Source: Hyphomonadaceae bacterium (lineage in GTDB: Bacteria > Pseudomonadota > Alphaproteobacteria > Caulobacterales > Aquidulcibacteraceae). Taken from it: DNA of 32,000 bases. The notes beneath the pieces were generated by a model. It did no database searches, had not been told where the DNA came from, and saw nothing but the letters and a program-made list of their open reading frames with translations. The position numbers and the translations under genes were made by a program. The stretch is from the NCBI GenBank assembly GCA_016791425.1, contig JAEUMQ010000001.1:33138-65137 (forward strand), read 5' to 3'. Shown piece after piece: positions 8,955 to 16,801 of the stretch. Each line of letters starts with the position of its first letter. The first letter of the stretch is position 1.

Positions 8955-8982
8955 CCCGCATTCAAATTGGCCGATGTCCTGG

Positions 8983-9369
8983 TTAAGCGGCGCGCAGGCC
9001 CAGATGCGCCTCCATCGGGGCAAAATCCTTGTCCTGGTGCAGCAATAGATAGCCTCGCCTGATGCAGAACGTGGCGATGATCAGATCGGCGGCCTTCCGC
9101 GGCGTGTGACCGAGGCCACGCAGACGGCGATAATTCCGCGCGCTCTCAACGGCCGCCCCCTCATCCAGCATGGCGACGATGTTGTACGCCCTGAGCGCCG
9201 CCTCGAGTTTTCCCGCATGCGCCTCATCGCGGGCGCCCTTAAGGCACTCCAGCAGCACGATATCGCCGACCACGACGTCGTTGACGTCGGTCTTCCACAG
9301 AAGCTGCGCGGCCGGGCTCGCCTCTTTGCGGAAATGCGCAACCCAAACGGAGGTGTCCACCACGATCAC
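8983..9369 (-). CDS. vapC: type II toxin VapC (PIN-domain ribonuclease)
   Basis: The GTG at 9369 overlaps the vapB stop (GTGA). The product VIVVDTSVW... carries the PIN acidic quartet at D5, E41 (LLECL), D95 (AADLIIA) and D113 (HQDKDF), for 128 aa. The track ORF start at 9414 would overlap the antitoxin by 49 nt and is rejected. Confidence 0.85.
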   Translation of the reverse strand: MIVVDTSVWVAHFRKEASPAAQLLWKTDVNDVVVGDIVLLECLKGARDEAHAGKLEAALRAYNIVAMLDEGAAVESARNYRRLRGLGHTPRKAADLIIATFCIRRGYLLLHQDKDFAPMEAHLGLRAA

Positions 9370-9569
9370 CGCTTGGGCGCGCCAGTCCGCATCTCGTCGA
9401 GATCGCCCTCCCACCCGATGCCATAGGTGTCGGCAAGCGCCTTGCGCCGCCGCATGGTCTGGACAAGCAGCTTCAGGGCTTCCTCAACCGCGGCGCGTTT
9501 GGTGGTCACACCCGCCACGGCCATGGCCTCCGCGAGCAGATCGTCGTCGATGTCGATGTTCGTTCGCAT
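9366..9569 (-). CDS. vapB: type II antitoxin VapB family (MRTNIDIDD... class)
   Basis: The product from ATG 9569 is MRTNIDIDDDLLAEAMAVAGVTTKRAAVEEALKLLV..., 67 aa, the canonical N-terminus of this small antitoxin family. It lies directly upstream of, and overlaps, the PIN toxin. Confidence 0.8.
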   Translation of the reverse strand: MRTNIDIDDDLLAEAMAVAGVTTKRAAVEEALKLLVQTMRRRKALADTYGIGWEGDLDEMRTGAPKR

Positions 9570-9596
9570 GTGTATAAACCGCAAGAATTATACACA
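9569..9596 (-). promoter_or_regulatory. vapBC promoter/operator: 9-bp perfect inverted repeat containing a TATAAT box
   Basis: tgtgtataa (9569-9577) and ttatacaca (9588-9596) are perfect reverse complements with a 10-bp spacer. On the minus strand the distal arm reads TGTGTATAA, and together with the next base (9587) it spells TATAAT (9592-9587), ending 17 nt before the vapB ATG. There is no Shine-Dalgarno sequence in between. It is a conspicuous AT-rich island in a GC-rich context. Confidence 0.45.
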
Positions 9597-9612
9597 CAAA
9601 GCCGCCGTTCGG

Positions 9613-10491
9613 CTAGTCGCCCGGCCGGACCGGCTTTTTGTCCCGGGCGGTCCAGGTCTTGAGGAAGTCGGCCAGTTTCGCATCGCCGCCCTCGGGCAGC
9701 GAGACCAGCAGCCGCACGATCTGGTCGCCGCCCCCGGCCACGCCCTTCCCTTTGAGACGCAGCATCATGCCGGTGTTGGAATTGGGCGGGATCTGCATCG
9801 CCACTGGGCCGGTGACGGTCGGCACCTGGATGCGGGCCCCCTCCACCGCCTCGGTCAGCGAGATCGGCAGGTCGATGCGGATATCCTGGCCCTCGCGGCG
9901 GAAGAACGGGTGCGCCCGGACGCTGAGCTCCACCAGCGCGTCTCCCGGCGGCCCGCCGGCCACCCCGGGACCGCCTTGCCCCTTGAGCCTGAGCGTCCGC
10001 CCGGTCTCAACTCCGGCCGGGATCGCGACATCGAGGGCGCGACCCTCGTCGAGCTGGATGCGCTTGCGGCCCCCGATGGCCGCCTCGATGAAGTCTATGT
10101 CGAGCGCGTAGCGGAGATCACGTCCCCGCATCTTGGAAAAGCCGCGCTGCGCGCCGGCCCCCGAGCCGAAGAGGTCGGCGAAGATGTCGCCGAGATCGAA
10201 GGCGGAATCGTCGTTCGGCGCGCCGGCGCTGCCGCGATAGGAGCGCGTGCGGAAGCTGGGTTTGTCGTTGCCGTCCGCGTCCACCTCGCCGCGGTCGAAC
10301 TTGCCGCGCTGGGCAGGGTCCGACAGGAGATTGAACGCCGCCGTGACGCGCTTGAAGCGCTCCTCGGCCTGCGGATCGTTTGGGCGCACGTCTGGGTGCA
10401 GCTCCTTGGCGAGCTTGCGATAGGCGCGGCGAATCTCGTCGGCGCTGGCGCTTCGCGAGACGCCGAGGGCGGAATAGGGGTCCCAGCTCAA
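9613..10491 (-). CDS. J-domain co-chaperone, CbpA-like (J domain + DnaJ C-terminal substrate-binding domains, no zinc-finger region)
   Basis: The J domain is SWDPYSALGVSRSASADEIRRAYRKLAKELHPDVRPNDPQAEERFKRVTAAFNLL (HPD motif), followed by a short G/F-like linker and then DnaJ_C-like beta domains (DLRYALDIDFIEAAIGGRKRI...; PGDALVELSVRAHPFFRREGQDIRIDLPISLTEAVEGARIQVPT). No CxxCxGxG repeats are present. The apparent start is the TTG at 10491. Confidence 0.85.
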   Translation of the reverse strand: MSWDPYSALGVSRSASADEIRRAYRKLAKELHPDVRPNDPQAEERFKRVTAAFNLLSDPAQRGKFDRGEVDADGNDKPSFRTRSYRGSAGAPNDDSAFDLGDIFADLFGSGAGAQRGFSKMRGRDLRYALDIDFIEAAIGGRKRIQLDEGRALDVAIPAGVETGRTLRLKGQGGPGVAGGPPGDALVELSVRAHPFFRREGQDIRIDLPISLTEAVEGARIQVPTVTGPVAMQIPPNSNTGMMLRLKGKGVAGGGDQIVRLLVSLPEGGDAKLADFLKTWTARDKKPVRPGD

Positions 10492-10556
10492 ATGATCATG
10501 CCCGCGCCCAAAGTCATTTGGCCATCAATTAAGGGCCTGTCGTTCCGGTGCAAGCT

Positions 10557-13500
10557 TTACAGGAAGAGGGTGCGAGTCGTCGCCTTCCCCGGGAAGCCGT
10601 CGGCGCCGATCTGGGCGACGCGGACCTCGAGCGCGCCGGGCGGCGTCCCAAAATCCGCCGCCTGCGCCGCCGCCTCGTAGAGATAGGCGGCCGCCTCGGT
10701 CTCCACGCTCCGCACCGGCGTCCCCGCGTCCAGGATCTCCAAGAGGTAGCGCTCGGCCGGCGCCCCGATCGGCGGCTCGGCCGCGCCCCAGGAATCGCCG
10801 CCGATCCGGGCGCAGCGCACCCAGGAAAGCCGGACATCGCCGCTTGCGCCGCGCGCCGCGCGCAGGCGCACGGGCGCGAACGGGCGCGCGCCGACCGGCG
10901 CGATCCTCGCCGTGACGCTGGCCGCCTCCGCATCGCTGGCGAGCTTGCCGGGCGGCGGCGCGATGAAGGTGAGGTCCTCCCCGAACTCGTGCGCGCCGAC
11001 ATTCAGCCGCGCGAGCCGCGCGTCGATCTTCACGATCCGCGCGCCGACCGGCGCCGGCGCGCCCTGCTCGCTGTCGCCGAGCCCGCGCAGGAAGCCGGAA
11101 AGCTGCACCAGGCCATCGTCCGTGAGCGTCGCGTTGCGCGCCTGCAGAAGCTCCCAGCCAGCCTCCGTCTCCACCGCGAAGAGATTGGCGCCGTTGAGCA
11201 GCGCGCCCCTGGTCACGCTCTCGACCGATGAGCTCAGCCGTATACGGATGATGTTCCCGTCGTCCCAGCGCCCGACCGGCCCCGGATGAAGCGCCCATTC
11301 CAGCGTCCCGACGATGGCCGGCGCATTGGCTTGCCCGCGCACCGTCGCGTTGGCGTAGACCTCGTGCGGGCCGCGCCAGGGCTTCGCATAGACCCCCGCC
11401 AGCGGCCGCAGGTCGCTCTCCGCAAGCATCAGCGGCGGCAGGTCGAGCACGAGGAGATCGGGGGAAGGCGACATGGCCGGATGCGGCGCAGACGCGGGCG
11501 TCGGCCCTCCCGCCAGCGGCGCCGCGGCGCCGAGCGCGCGCCGCAGCGACAGGCGCCGGGTCTCCGCCTCCTCCACGCCCACGATCTCGTAGGCGCGCGC
11601 ATCGAGACTGACGAGATCGCCGGGCTCCAGCGCCACATTCTGCGGCGAAATGGCGATCTCCGCCGCCTCCACGCCCGCGCGCGCGAACGCCAGCGCCCGT
11701 TTCGCCAGCGCTTCGGCCTGCCCGTGATCGAGGACCAGCGGCGCCTCGAGGCTCGCGACGCCGCCTTCGGCCGCGTCCCGCCGCCGCGCGGACACCGTCG
11801 CGATCCGGTAGTCGAGCGACCCGTCCAGGAAGCGCACCCGCGCCTCGATCGGGATCTGCGCGGCGTCGTCGCGCACCGCATACGCCGAAGCCGCCGTTTC
11901 CTCCGTGAGCTGATCGATCGTCAGCGCAGCGACCGCGCCTTCGCCGCGATGGCGGAAGCCAAGCATCCCCTCCCGCTCGCCGGCCGAGAAATCATAGGCA
12001 AGCATCAAGGGCTCCAGCGCCTCGCGCGCGCTTGCCGGCGCATCCGCGACATAGCCGGCGACCGCGCCGCAGAGCCCCGCAACGTCGATGTCCGTCATGC
12101 TGGCGCGCTTGCAGAGATCGCCCACAACCGCCGGCAGTTCCGCCAGGCCCGCGCGCCCATTGAGCCAGTGCCCAAGACGCCAGGACGCGCCGTCCGACCA
12201 CACATCGTCGCGCCCCGGAAAGGCCGGATATGGCCGCGCGTCCCAGGCCCACACGAACATGCCGCTCGGATCGACCGGCCCTTCGCCGTCCCAATGGGTA
12301 AGATAGGCTTCGAGCGTGCGCCGCTGGATGAGATCATCGCGCGCGCCGGAGGAGAAAGGCGGCGCCGCACTCTCCGCGCTCTTCGGATCGAAGAAGAGGT
12401 TCGGCGCATTGGCGCCCTTGTCGATCGCCGGACAGCCGATCTCGGTGAACCAGATCGGCTTGGATTCGGGAAGCCAATCTGTCGGCGTTGCGCTCTCCAG
12501 CCCTCCGGGGCGGTCATAGTGCGCATTGCTCCACCACGACCGCACATCCTTCGCGCGGTACACCCAATGCTTCGCATAGGCGCCGTCCGTGATGCTCGTG
12601 CGCGTCTGCGCGACGCGGTCTGCGTCCGAAGCGTAATGCCAATCGAAGTTCTCGCCCGCCTCGATGCGGTCTTCCAGATAGTCGCGATCATAGATCCGCC
12701 GCGTGCTCGCCGCATCGAGATGCGTCGCCCCGTCGCGCCAATCGCTGAGCGGCGCATACCAATCTATGCCCACGACATCGATATGCTCGTCCGCCCACAA
12801 GGGATCGAGATGGAAGCAGACGTCGCCCGAGCCGTCCTGCGGCTGATGGCCAAAATACTCGCTCCAATCGGCTGCGTAAGTGAGCGTGCAGGCCTCGCCG
12901 ACGATGCCGCGCACCTCCGACGCCAAAGTCTTCAAACGTGCGACGGCGGGATAGTTCGTCGCGCTGTCGCGGATCGTGGTGAGCCCGCGCAACTCGGAGC
13001 CCATGATGAAGACATCGACGCCGCCCGCCGCCTCGGCGAGCTTCGCGTGGTGCAGGATGAAACGCCGGAAGGACCATTCGTCCGGCCCTGAATACGAGAC
13101 GCCGGTCCCGTGCGCCGCGAAATCTCCCGCCGCCGCGGTTCCGAAGAAGGCATCGACCTGCGCGGCCGCCGCCCCGGTCTTGTCGTCGTCCGCATCGCCA
13201 AGCGTGATGCGCCCGCGCCACGGATACGCCGCCTGCTCCGCCCCGCCATAAGGATCAGGCAGCCCATTGCCGACCGGCACATCCATCAGGATGAAGGGAT
13301 AAAGCCCGATCCGCGTGAAGCCGCGCGCCCGCAAGCTGGCGATCGCATCGATCACAGTCTTGTCCGCCGGCGTGCCGCCATAGGCCGGCGCGCCCTCGAT
13401 CTGGCTGACGACATAAGCGTCTTCGCGTTCGACGCCGTTCACGCTCCACGTGATCGGCCGGGTGACTTTCGTCCCGTTCTCCACGCCGGGCCTGATCTCG

Positions 13501-14372
13501 CAGGCGCCGCAGCGCAGGTCCGTGCCGAACCAGGCGACCACCAGAAGCACGCTGTCGCAACGGGGAAGGTCCGCCTGCAGATGATCGAGCGCGACCTCGA
13601 AGTTCGCCCGCTCCGGCTCGGCGTGGACGTTCTCCGCGGCGGCCTCGCCGGGCCGCAGTGCGCGCAGCACCGGCGCGGTCGCGTAGGCGAACTCGCCCGA
13701 ACCCGGGATGAGACACACGCCGCGAACCATGTCCTCCAGCCGCGGCGCGTCCGAGGGCGGCGGCCGCACGATCTCGAACGACAGCTGCGGAATGAGATTG
13801 CCGAACTGCTCGAGCGGCAGATCCTCGAACACGATATAGGCGAGCCCCCGATAGGCCGGCGCGCTCTCCCCCTCGACCGCCTCGATGATTGGGTCGGGCG
13901 CCTGATCCTCCGCGCCGCGATGGACCCGGTGCTCGACCCGCGATAGATCGAACGCCTCCCCGTTCGCCCACGCCCTCCCGATGCGCGCGATCTCGCCTTC
14001 GCAGAGCCCCACCGCAAACGAGATCGAGTACGAATAGGTCTTCGTCTTGCTGCGCGCGCCCCCGCCCTTGCCGCCTTGCGTCTCGACGCCGACATGCTCC
14101 TTGAACCTCGCCGCCCAGATCACCTGCCCCGCGATCCGCACGCGTCCATAGATCGCCGGGATCGAGGCGCCTTCGGTCGAGCTCTGGATGTGCAGGTCGG
14201 AGAGCCGCGGTCCTTCCGCGCGCCGCGTTGCGCCGAAGATCTGGGTATCCACGCGCTGCCCGATGGCCGCGCCCGCCGCGCCGAGCAGCGTCGCGCCGAT
14301 CGCCTGCAAAGCCGGCGGCAGGAGGCTCCTGCCGATCGCGGCGCCGACCGTGGAGAGGATCAGCTGGGCCAT
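10557..14372 (-). CDS. GTA g15 homolog: baseplate/host-specificity multidomain protein ('megatron'), 1271 aa
   Basis: The start is MAQLILSTVGAAIGRSLLPPALQAIGATLLGAAGAAIGQRVDTQIFG... (ATG 14372), the Gly/Ala-rich N-terminus typical of GTA g15. A central TIM-barrel-like glycoside-hydrolase-like segment (GFTRIGLYPFILMDV...VDVFIMGSELRGLT...IWFTEIGCPAIDKGANAPN) and a long C-terminal beta-rich region follow. The track's 1356-aa version adds an 85-aa Arg-rich extension overlapping g14 and is rejected. Confidence 0.88.
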   Translation of the reverse strand: MAQLILSTVGAAIGRSLLPPALQAIGATLLGAAGAAIGQRVDTQIFGATRRAEGPRLSDLHIQSSTEGASIPAIYGRVRIAGQVIWAARFKEHVGVETQGGKGGGARSKTKTYSYSISFAVGLCEGEIARIGRAWANGEAFDLSRVEHRVHRGAEDQAPDPIIEAVEGESAPAYRGLAYIVFEDLPLEQFGNLIPQLSFEIVRPPPSDAPRLEDMVRGVCLIPGSGEFAYATAPVLRALRPGEAAAENVHAEPERANFEVALDHLQADLPRCDSVLLVVAWFGTDLRCGACEIRPGVENGTKVTRPITWSVNGVEREDAYVVSQIEGAPAYGGTPADKTVIDAIASLRARGFTRIGLYPFILMDVPVGNGLPDPYGGAEQAAYPWRGRITLGDADDDKTGAAAAQVDAFFGTAAAGDFAAHGTGVSYSGPDEWSFRRFILHHAKLAEAAGGVDVFIMGSELRGLTTIRDSATNYPAVARLKTLASEVRGIVGEACTLTYAADWSEYFGHQPQDGSGDVCFHLDPLWADEHIDVVGIDWYAPLSDWRDGATHLDAASTRRIYDRDYLEDRIEAGENFDWHYASDADRVAQTRTSITDGAYAKHWVYRAKDVRSWWSNAHYDRPGGLESATPTDWLPESKPIWFTEIGCPAIDKGANAPNLFFDPKSAESAAPPFSSGARDDLIQRRTLEAYLTHWDGEGPVDPSGMFVWAWDARPYPAFPGRDDVWSDGASWRLGHWLNGRAGLAELPAVVGDLCKRASMTDIDVAGLCGAVAGYVADAPASAREALEPLMLAYDFSAGEREGMLGFRHRGEGAVAALTIDQLTEETAASAYAVRDDAAQIPIEARVRFLDGSLDYRIATVSARRRDAAEGGVASLEAPLVLDHGQAEALAKRALAFARAGVEAAEIAISPQNVALEPGDLVSLDARAYEIVGVEEAETRRLSLRRALGAAAPLAGGPTPASAPHPAMSPSPDLLVLDLPPLMLAESDLRPLAGVYAKPWRGPHEVYANATVRGQANAPAIVGTLEWALHPGPVGRWDDGNIIRIRLSSSVESVTRGALLNGANLFAVETEAGWELLQARNATLTDDGLVQLSGFLRGLGDSEQGAPAPVGARIVKIDARLARLNVGAHEFGEDLTFIAPPPGKLASDAEAASVTARIAPVGARPFAPVRLRAARGASGDVRLSWVRCARIGGDSWGAAEPPIGAPAERYLLEILDAGTPVRSVETEAAAYLYEAAAQAADFGTPPGALEVRVAQIGADGFPGKATTRTLFL

Positions 14373-14797
14373 GAAGCGGCTCCCGGAAACGAAAAGCTGG
14401 CCGCCGCGCGTGCGCGCCACCATGGCGCGAAGCGGCTCTGCAGCACCGCGCGCCCCCAATAGGCGTGGATGAGCTTCTCCTCGACGTCGAGGATCGCGGC
14501 GTGCTTGGCCGGAGACGTCGGATGCATCCGAAAGAGGATCACGTCGCCCGGCTGCGGCGCGTTGGTAAGGATCATGTGCCGGCGCGCCGCCTCGTAGAGC
14601 GTCTCTTCGCCGCGCGCTTCGGCCCAATCAGGCGTGTACGGAGGAACATCCTCCGGCTCCGCGCCGTAGAGCGCGCGCCACACGCCCCGGACAAGCCCGA
14701 GGCAATCGCACCCGGCCTGCTTGACGCTCGCCTGGTGACGATAAGGCGTGCCGAGCCAGGAACGCGCCTCCGCCAGGATCGCGCTTCTTGCGATCAT
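14360..14797 (-). CDS. GTA g14 homolog: NlpC/P60-family cell-wall peptidase
   Basis: ARSWLGTPYRHQASVKQAGCDCLGLVRGVW carries the catalytic Cys context, and ...GDVILFRM...AKHAAIL...LIHAY carries the His context. There is an ATGA overlap with the g13 stop. Confidence 0.88.
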   Translation of the reverse strand: MIARSAILAEARSWLGTPYRHQASVKQAGCDCLGLVRGVWRALYGAEPEDVPPYTPDWAEARGEETLYEAARRHMILTNAPQPGDVILFRMHPTSPAKHAAILDVEEKLIHAYWGRAVLQSRFAPWWRARAAASFSFPGAASWPS

Positions 14798-15663
14798 GCG
14801 CGCGATCCCCCGTCATTGTCGCCGCCGGGCTCCGGCCCCGCCTGCAGCGCGTCATTTCCCGGCATGTGCGGAAAGCCGCGGAAATTGACCGCGTTCGCGA
14901 ACTTCGCGCGGCACGTCTCGATGCGCTTGTCGCAACCTGCGTAGATGACGAACGCCGCGCCCGCCTCCAGCGTGCGCGCATCGACCAGTTCGATCGTTGC
15001 GCTCAATGCGCTTTGCCTGTGCACGCTGACTTCGCTCACGCCGCCGGCCGCCCAGACGATGCGCCCGTCGCTGAACCAGCCGTCCGCGAAGGCGCCGAGC
15101 CCGCTCGCGACGAATCCGTTTCCGGAGAGCACGTCGGCGATCTCGCCCTCGCCGCGAAACGCCGCCGTCTCCAGATCCATCCCGCAGCGCGCGTCGCCGA
15201 GGTCAGCGTCGCAGAACCGCGCGAAGACCCGCCCTACCGGCTTGTTGAGCTGCGCCTGCAGCCCGCGCAGCTCCGCTTCGAACGCGCGTGCGCCGCGCCG
15301 GACCTCGCCAAGCCGCCCCGCGAAGAGATGCGCCTTCAGGTCCGGATCGGTCCAATCGACGCGCCAGATATCCACGCGCGCGCCGTCCCAAAGTCCGTTC
15401 GCCAGATCGTCCGCACCGATCGCGTCGGAGGAAAGCGCGCCTGCCGCGCTCGCCGCATCGACGCCGAGCCCGAGCGATTTCTCGATCACGCCTGGCGCGA
15501 ACCCAGACGCCGGCTCGTAGTCGACGCCCTCGATCGAGAGCGTGCGATCGTGATCGGTGAAGCCGAACACCGCCTCGTCGCGCCGCGTCAGCTTCCAGAT
15601 CGTGGCGAGGCTCGTGACGCCCGTCGCGATGCGCGCGGCGAGCTCTTCGGGAATGTCCCGCAT
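14794..15663 (-). CDS. GTA g13 homolog: DUF2163/BR0599-type (TIGR02218-like) tail hub protein
   Basis: Signature-like segments are LATIWKLTRRDEAVFGFTDHDRTLSIEGVDYEPASGF and the C-terminal CDKRIETCRAKFANAVNFRGFPHMPG. The position between g12 and g14 fits. Confidence 0.85.
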   Translation of the reverse strand: MRDIPEELAARIATGVTSLATIWKLTRRDEAVFGFTDHDRTLSIEGVDYEPASGFAPGVIEKSLGLGVDAASAAGALSSDAIGADDLANGLWDGARVDIWRVDWTDPDLKAHLFAGRLGEVRRGARAFEAELRGLQAQLNKPVGRVFARFCDADLGDARCGMDLETAAFRGEGEIADVLSGNGFVASGLGAFADGWFSDGRIVWAAGGVSEVSVHRQSALSATIELVDARTLEAGAAFVIYAGCDKRIETCRAKFANAVNFRGFPHMPGNDALQAGPEPGGDNDGGSRA

Positions 15664-16277
15664 CAGGGCGTGATCTCGATCAGGGGCACGGAAAGCGGCC
15701 GCCCGGCGCCGAACGCGTCGAGGCTGATGTCGAGCCGGTCGGAATCGAACCGCACCGGCGTATCGAATAGAAAGCCGGCGGTGACGGTGGCGCCGGGCGC
15801 CGCGACATCGAGCGTCACCCGTCCAGTCGTGACGTCCACGATGAACGCCTCCGCGCTCAATTCATCGCCGTCCACCGCCACCAGCACCGTTCCGCTGACA
15901 GGCTTATGGATCGTCCGGGCGACCGCGCCGTACGTCTTCTGTAGCTGCACCACGGCGCCGCTTGTGCCGATCATCTCGCAGACTTGGTCCAGCGCGCTCG
16001 GCGTTTCCGAAGGCGCGCACGATTTCCAATCGAGAAAATCCCGAAACCGGAACCCGTGCAGTCGCCCGCGCCTGGCCTCGAAGAACGAGACGAGCGCGTG
16101 CAACTCATCGAGCGAACGCACCGCCCCGCCGATATCGAACCGGCGTCGCCCCTGCGCCCATGGCGAGTTGCGCGCCTCGCGCCCGCTGCCGAGCGTGACG
16201 ATCTCGGTGCGCCGCTCCGGCCCGCCATTGGCGCCAAGCGCCAGCGGCAGAGGAAGCAAAACCTCATGAAAGCTCAC
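15663..16277 (-). CDS. GTA g12 homolog: DUF2460/TIGR02217-like distal tail protein
   Basis: (V)SFHEVLLPLPLALGANGGPERRTEIVTLGSGREARNSPWAQGRRRFDIG is the characteristic N-terminus. The GTG start at 16277 overlaps the g11 stop (GTGA), and the g12 stop overlaps the g13 ATG by 1 nt. Confidence 0.85.
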   Translation of the reverse strand: MSFHEVLLPLPLALGANGGPERRTEIVTLGSGREARNSPWAQGRRRFDIGGAVRSLDELHALVSFFEARRGRLHGFRFRDFLDWKSCAPSETPSALDQVCEMIGTSGAVVQLQKTYGAVARTIHKPVSGTVLVAVDGDELSAEAFIVDVTTGRVTLDVAAPGATVTAGFLFDTPVRFDSDRLDISLDAFGAGRPLSVPLIEITP

Positions 16278-16801
16278 AGATTGCGCCTTCCGTAGGAAAC
16301 CGCGCGCGCGATCTGCGCAGCGATCTGGCCTTGATGCCGGACGAGGCTCTGCGCATCGGCGCCCGGCCCAAGATGGAAATGCACTTCCACCGGCGCCGCC
16401 ACGCCCGCACTCACATTGCCAGCCTGCGCCGGCGTGAAGATCTCAGGTCCGCGCTCTCCGACGAGATAGGCGCCGCCGGGAGTGACGGCCCCGCCCGCGG
16501 CGCGCGCGCCGAAGAACGGCAAGGCTAGTCCCGACGGCTTGCCGAACGCCTTGTCGAGCGCGACCTTCGCCAACTCTTCGAGGATCGTCTTGGCCAGTCG
16601 CTTCATCGATCCCTCGCCATCGGTCGCCGCGCGCCCGAGCGCGCCCGCGATCCGCTTCGCCGCGCGCTCGAACGTGCTCGAAATGTCATCGCCCGCCTTG
16701 GCGCACGGACCTTCGACGAACGCCTTCAGCGCGCTCTGCGCTTCGGTCAGCTCCCCGGTGAAAGCCGCAAGATCGAAAGGTTTGGAGAGATCGTCATTCA
16801 T
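16274..16801 (-). CDS. GTA g11 homolog: short tail tape-measure protein (175 aa)
   Basis: A helical N-terminal part is followed by the conserved C-terminal PFFGARAAGGAVTPGGAYLVGERGPEIFTPAQAGNV motif seen in GTA/phage tape-measure C-termini. It is positioned after the chaperone pair. Confidence 0.8.
   Translation of the reverse strand: MNDDLSKPFDLAAFTGELTEAQSALKAFVEGPCAKAGDDISSTFERAAKRIAGALGRAATDGEGSMKRLAKTILEELAKVALDKAFGKPSGLALPFFGARAAGGAVTPGGAYLVGERGPEIFTPAQAGNVSAGVAAPVEVHFHLGPGADAQSLVRHQGQIAAQIARAVSYGRRNL

Noticed and set aside
8914-8961. A Tat (twin-arginine) signal in the long form of the PepSY-like protein (VQRRAIRV).
   Set aside because: The residues after RR do not fit the S/T-RRxFLK pattern, and the hydrophobic core starts too far downstream. 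The shorter Sec-type signal from ATG 8913 is more plausible, but the start remains uncertain.
10492-10556. A CtrA box or terminator between g15 and the J-protein gene (TTAATTGATGGCCAA).
   Set aside because: It has only one TTAA half-site. It matches neither TTAA-N7-TTAA nor TTAACCAT, and there is no stable GC-rich stem with a T tract. I found no full CtrA box elsewhere in the window either.
14373-14627. An 85-aa N-terminal extension of g15 in the track ORF (1356 aa, start 14627).
   Set aside because: The extension is Arg-rich and overlaps almost all of the g14 3' half in another frame. The conserved g15 N-terminus (MAQLILSTVGAAIG...) begins at the ATG at 14372.
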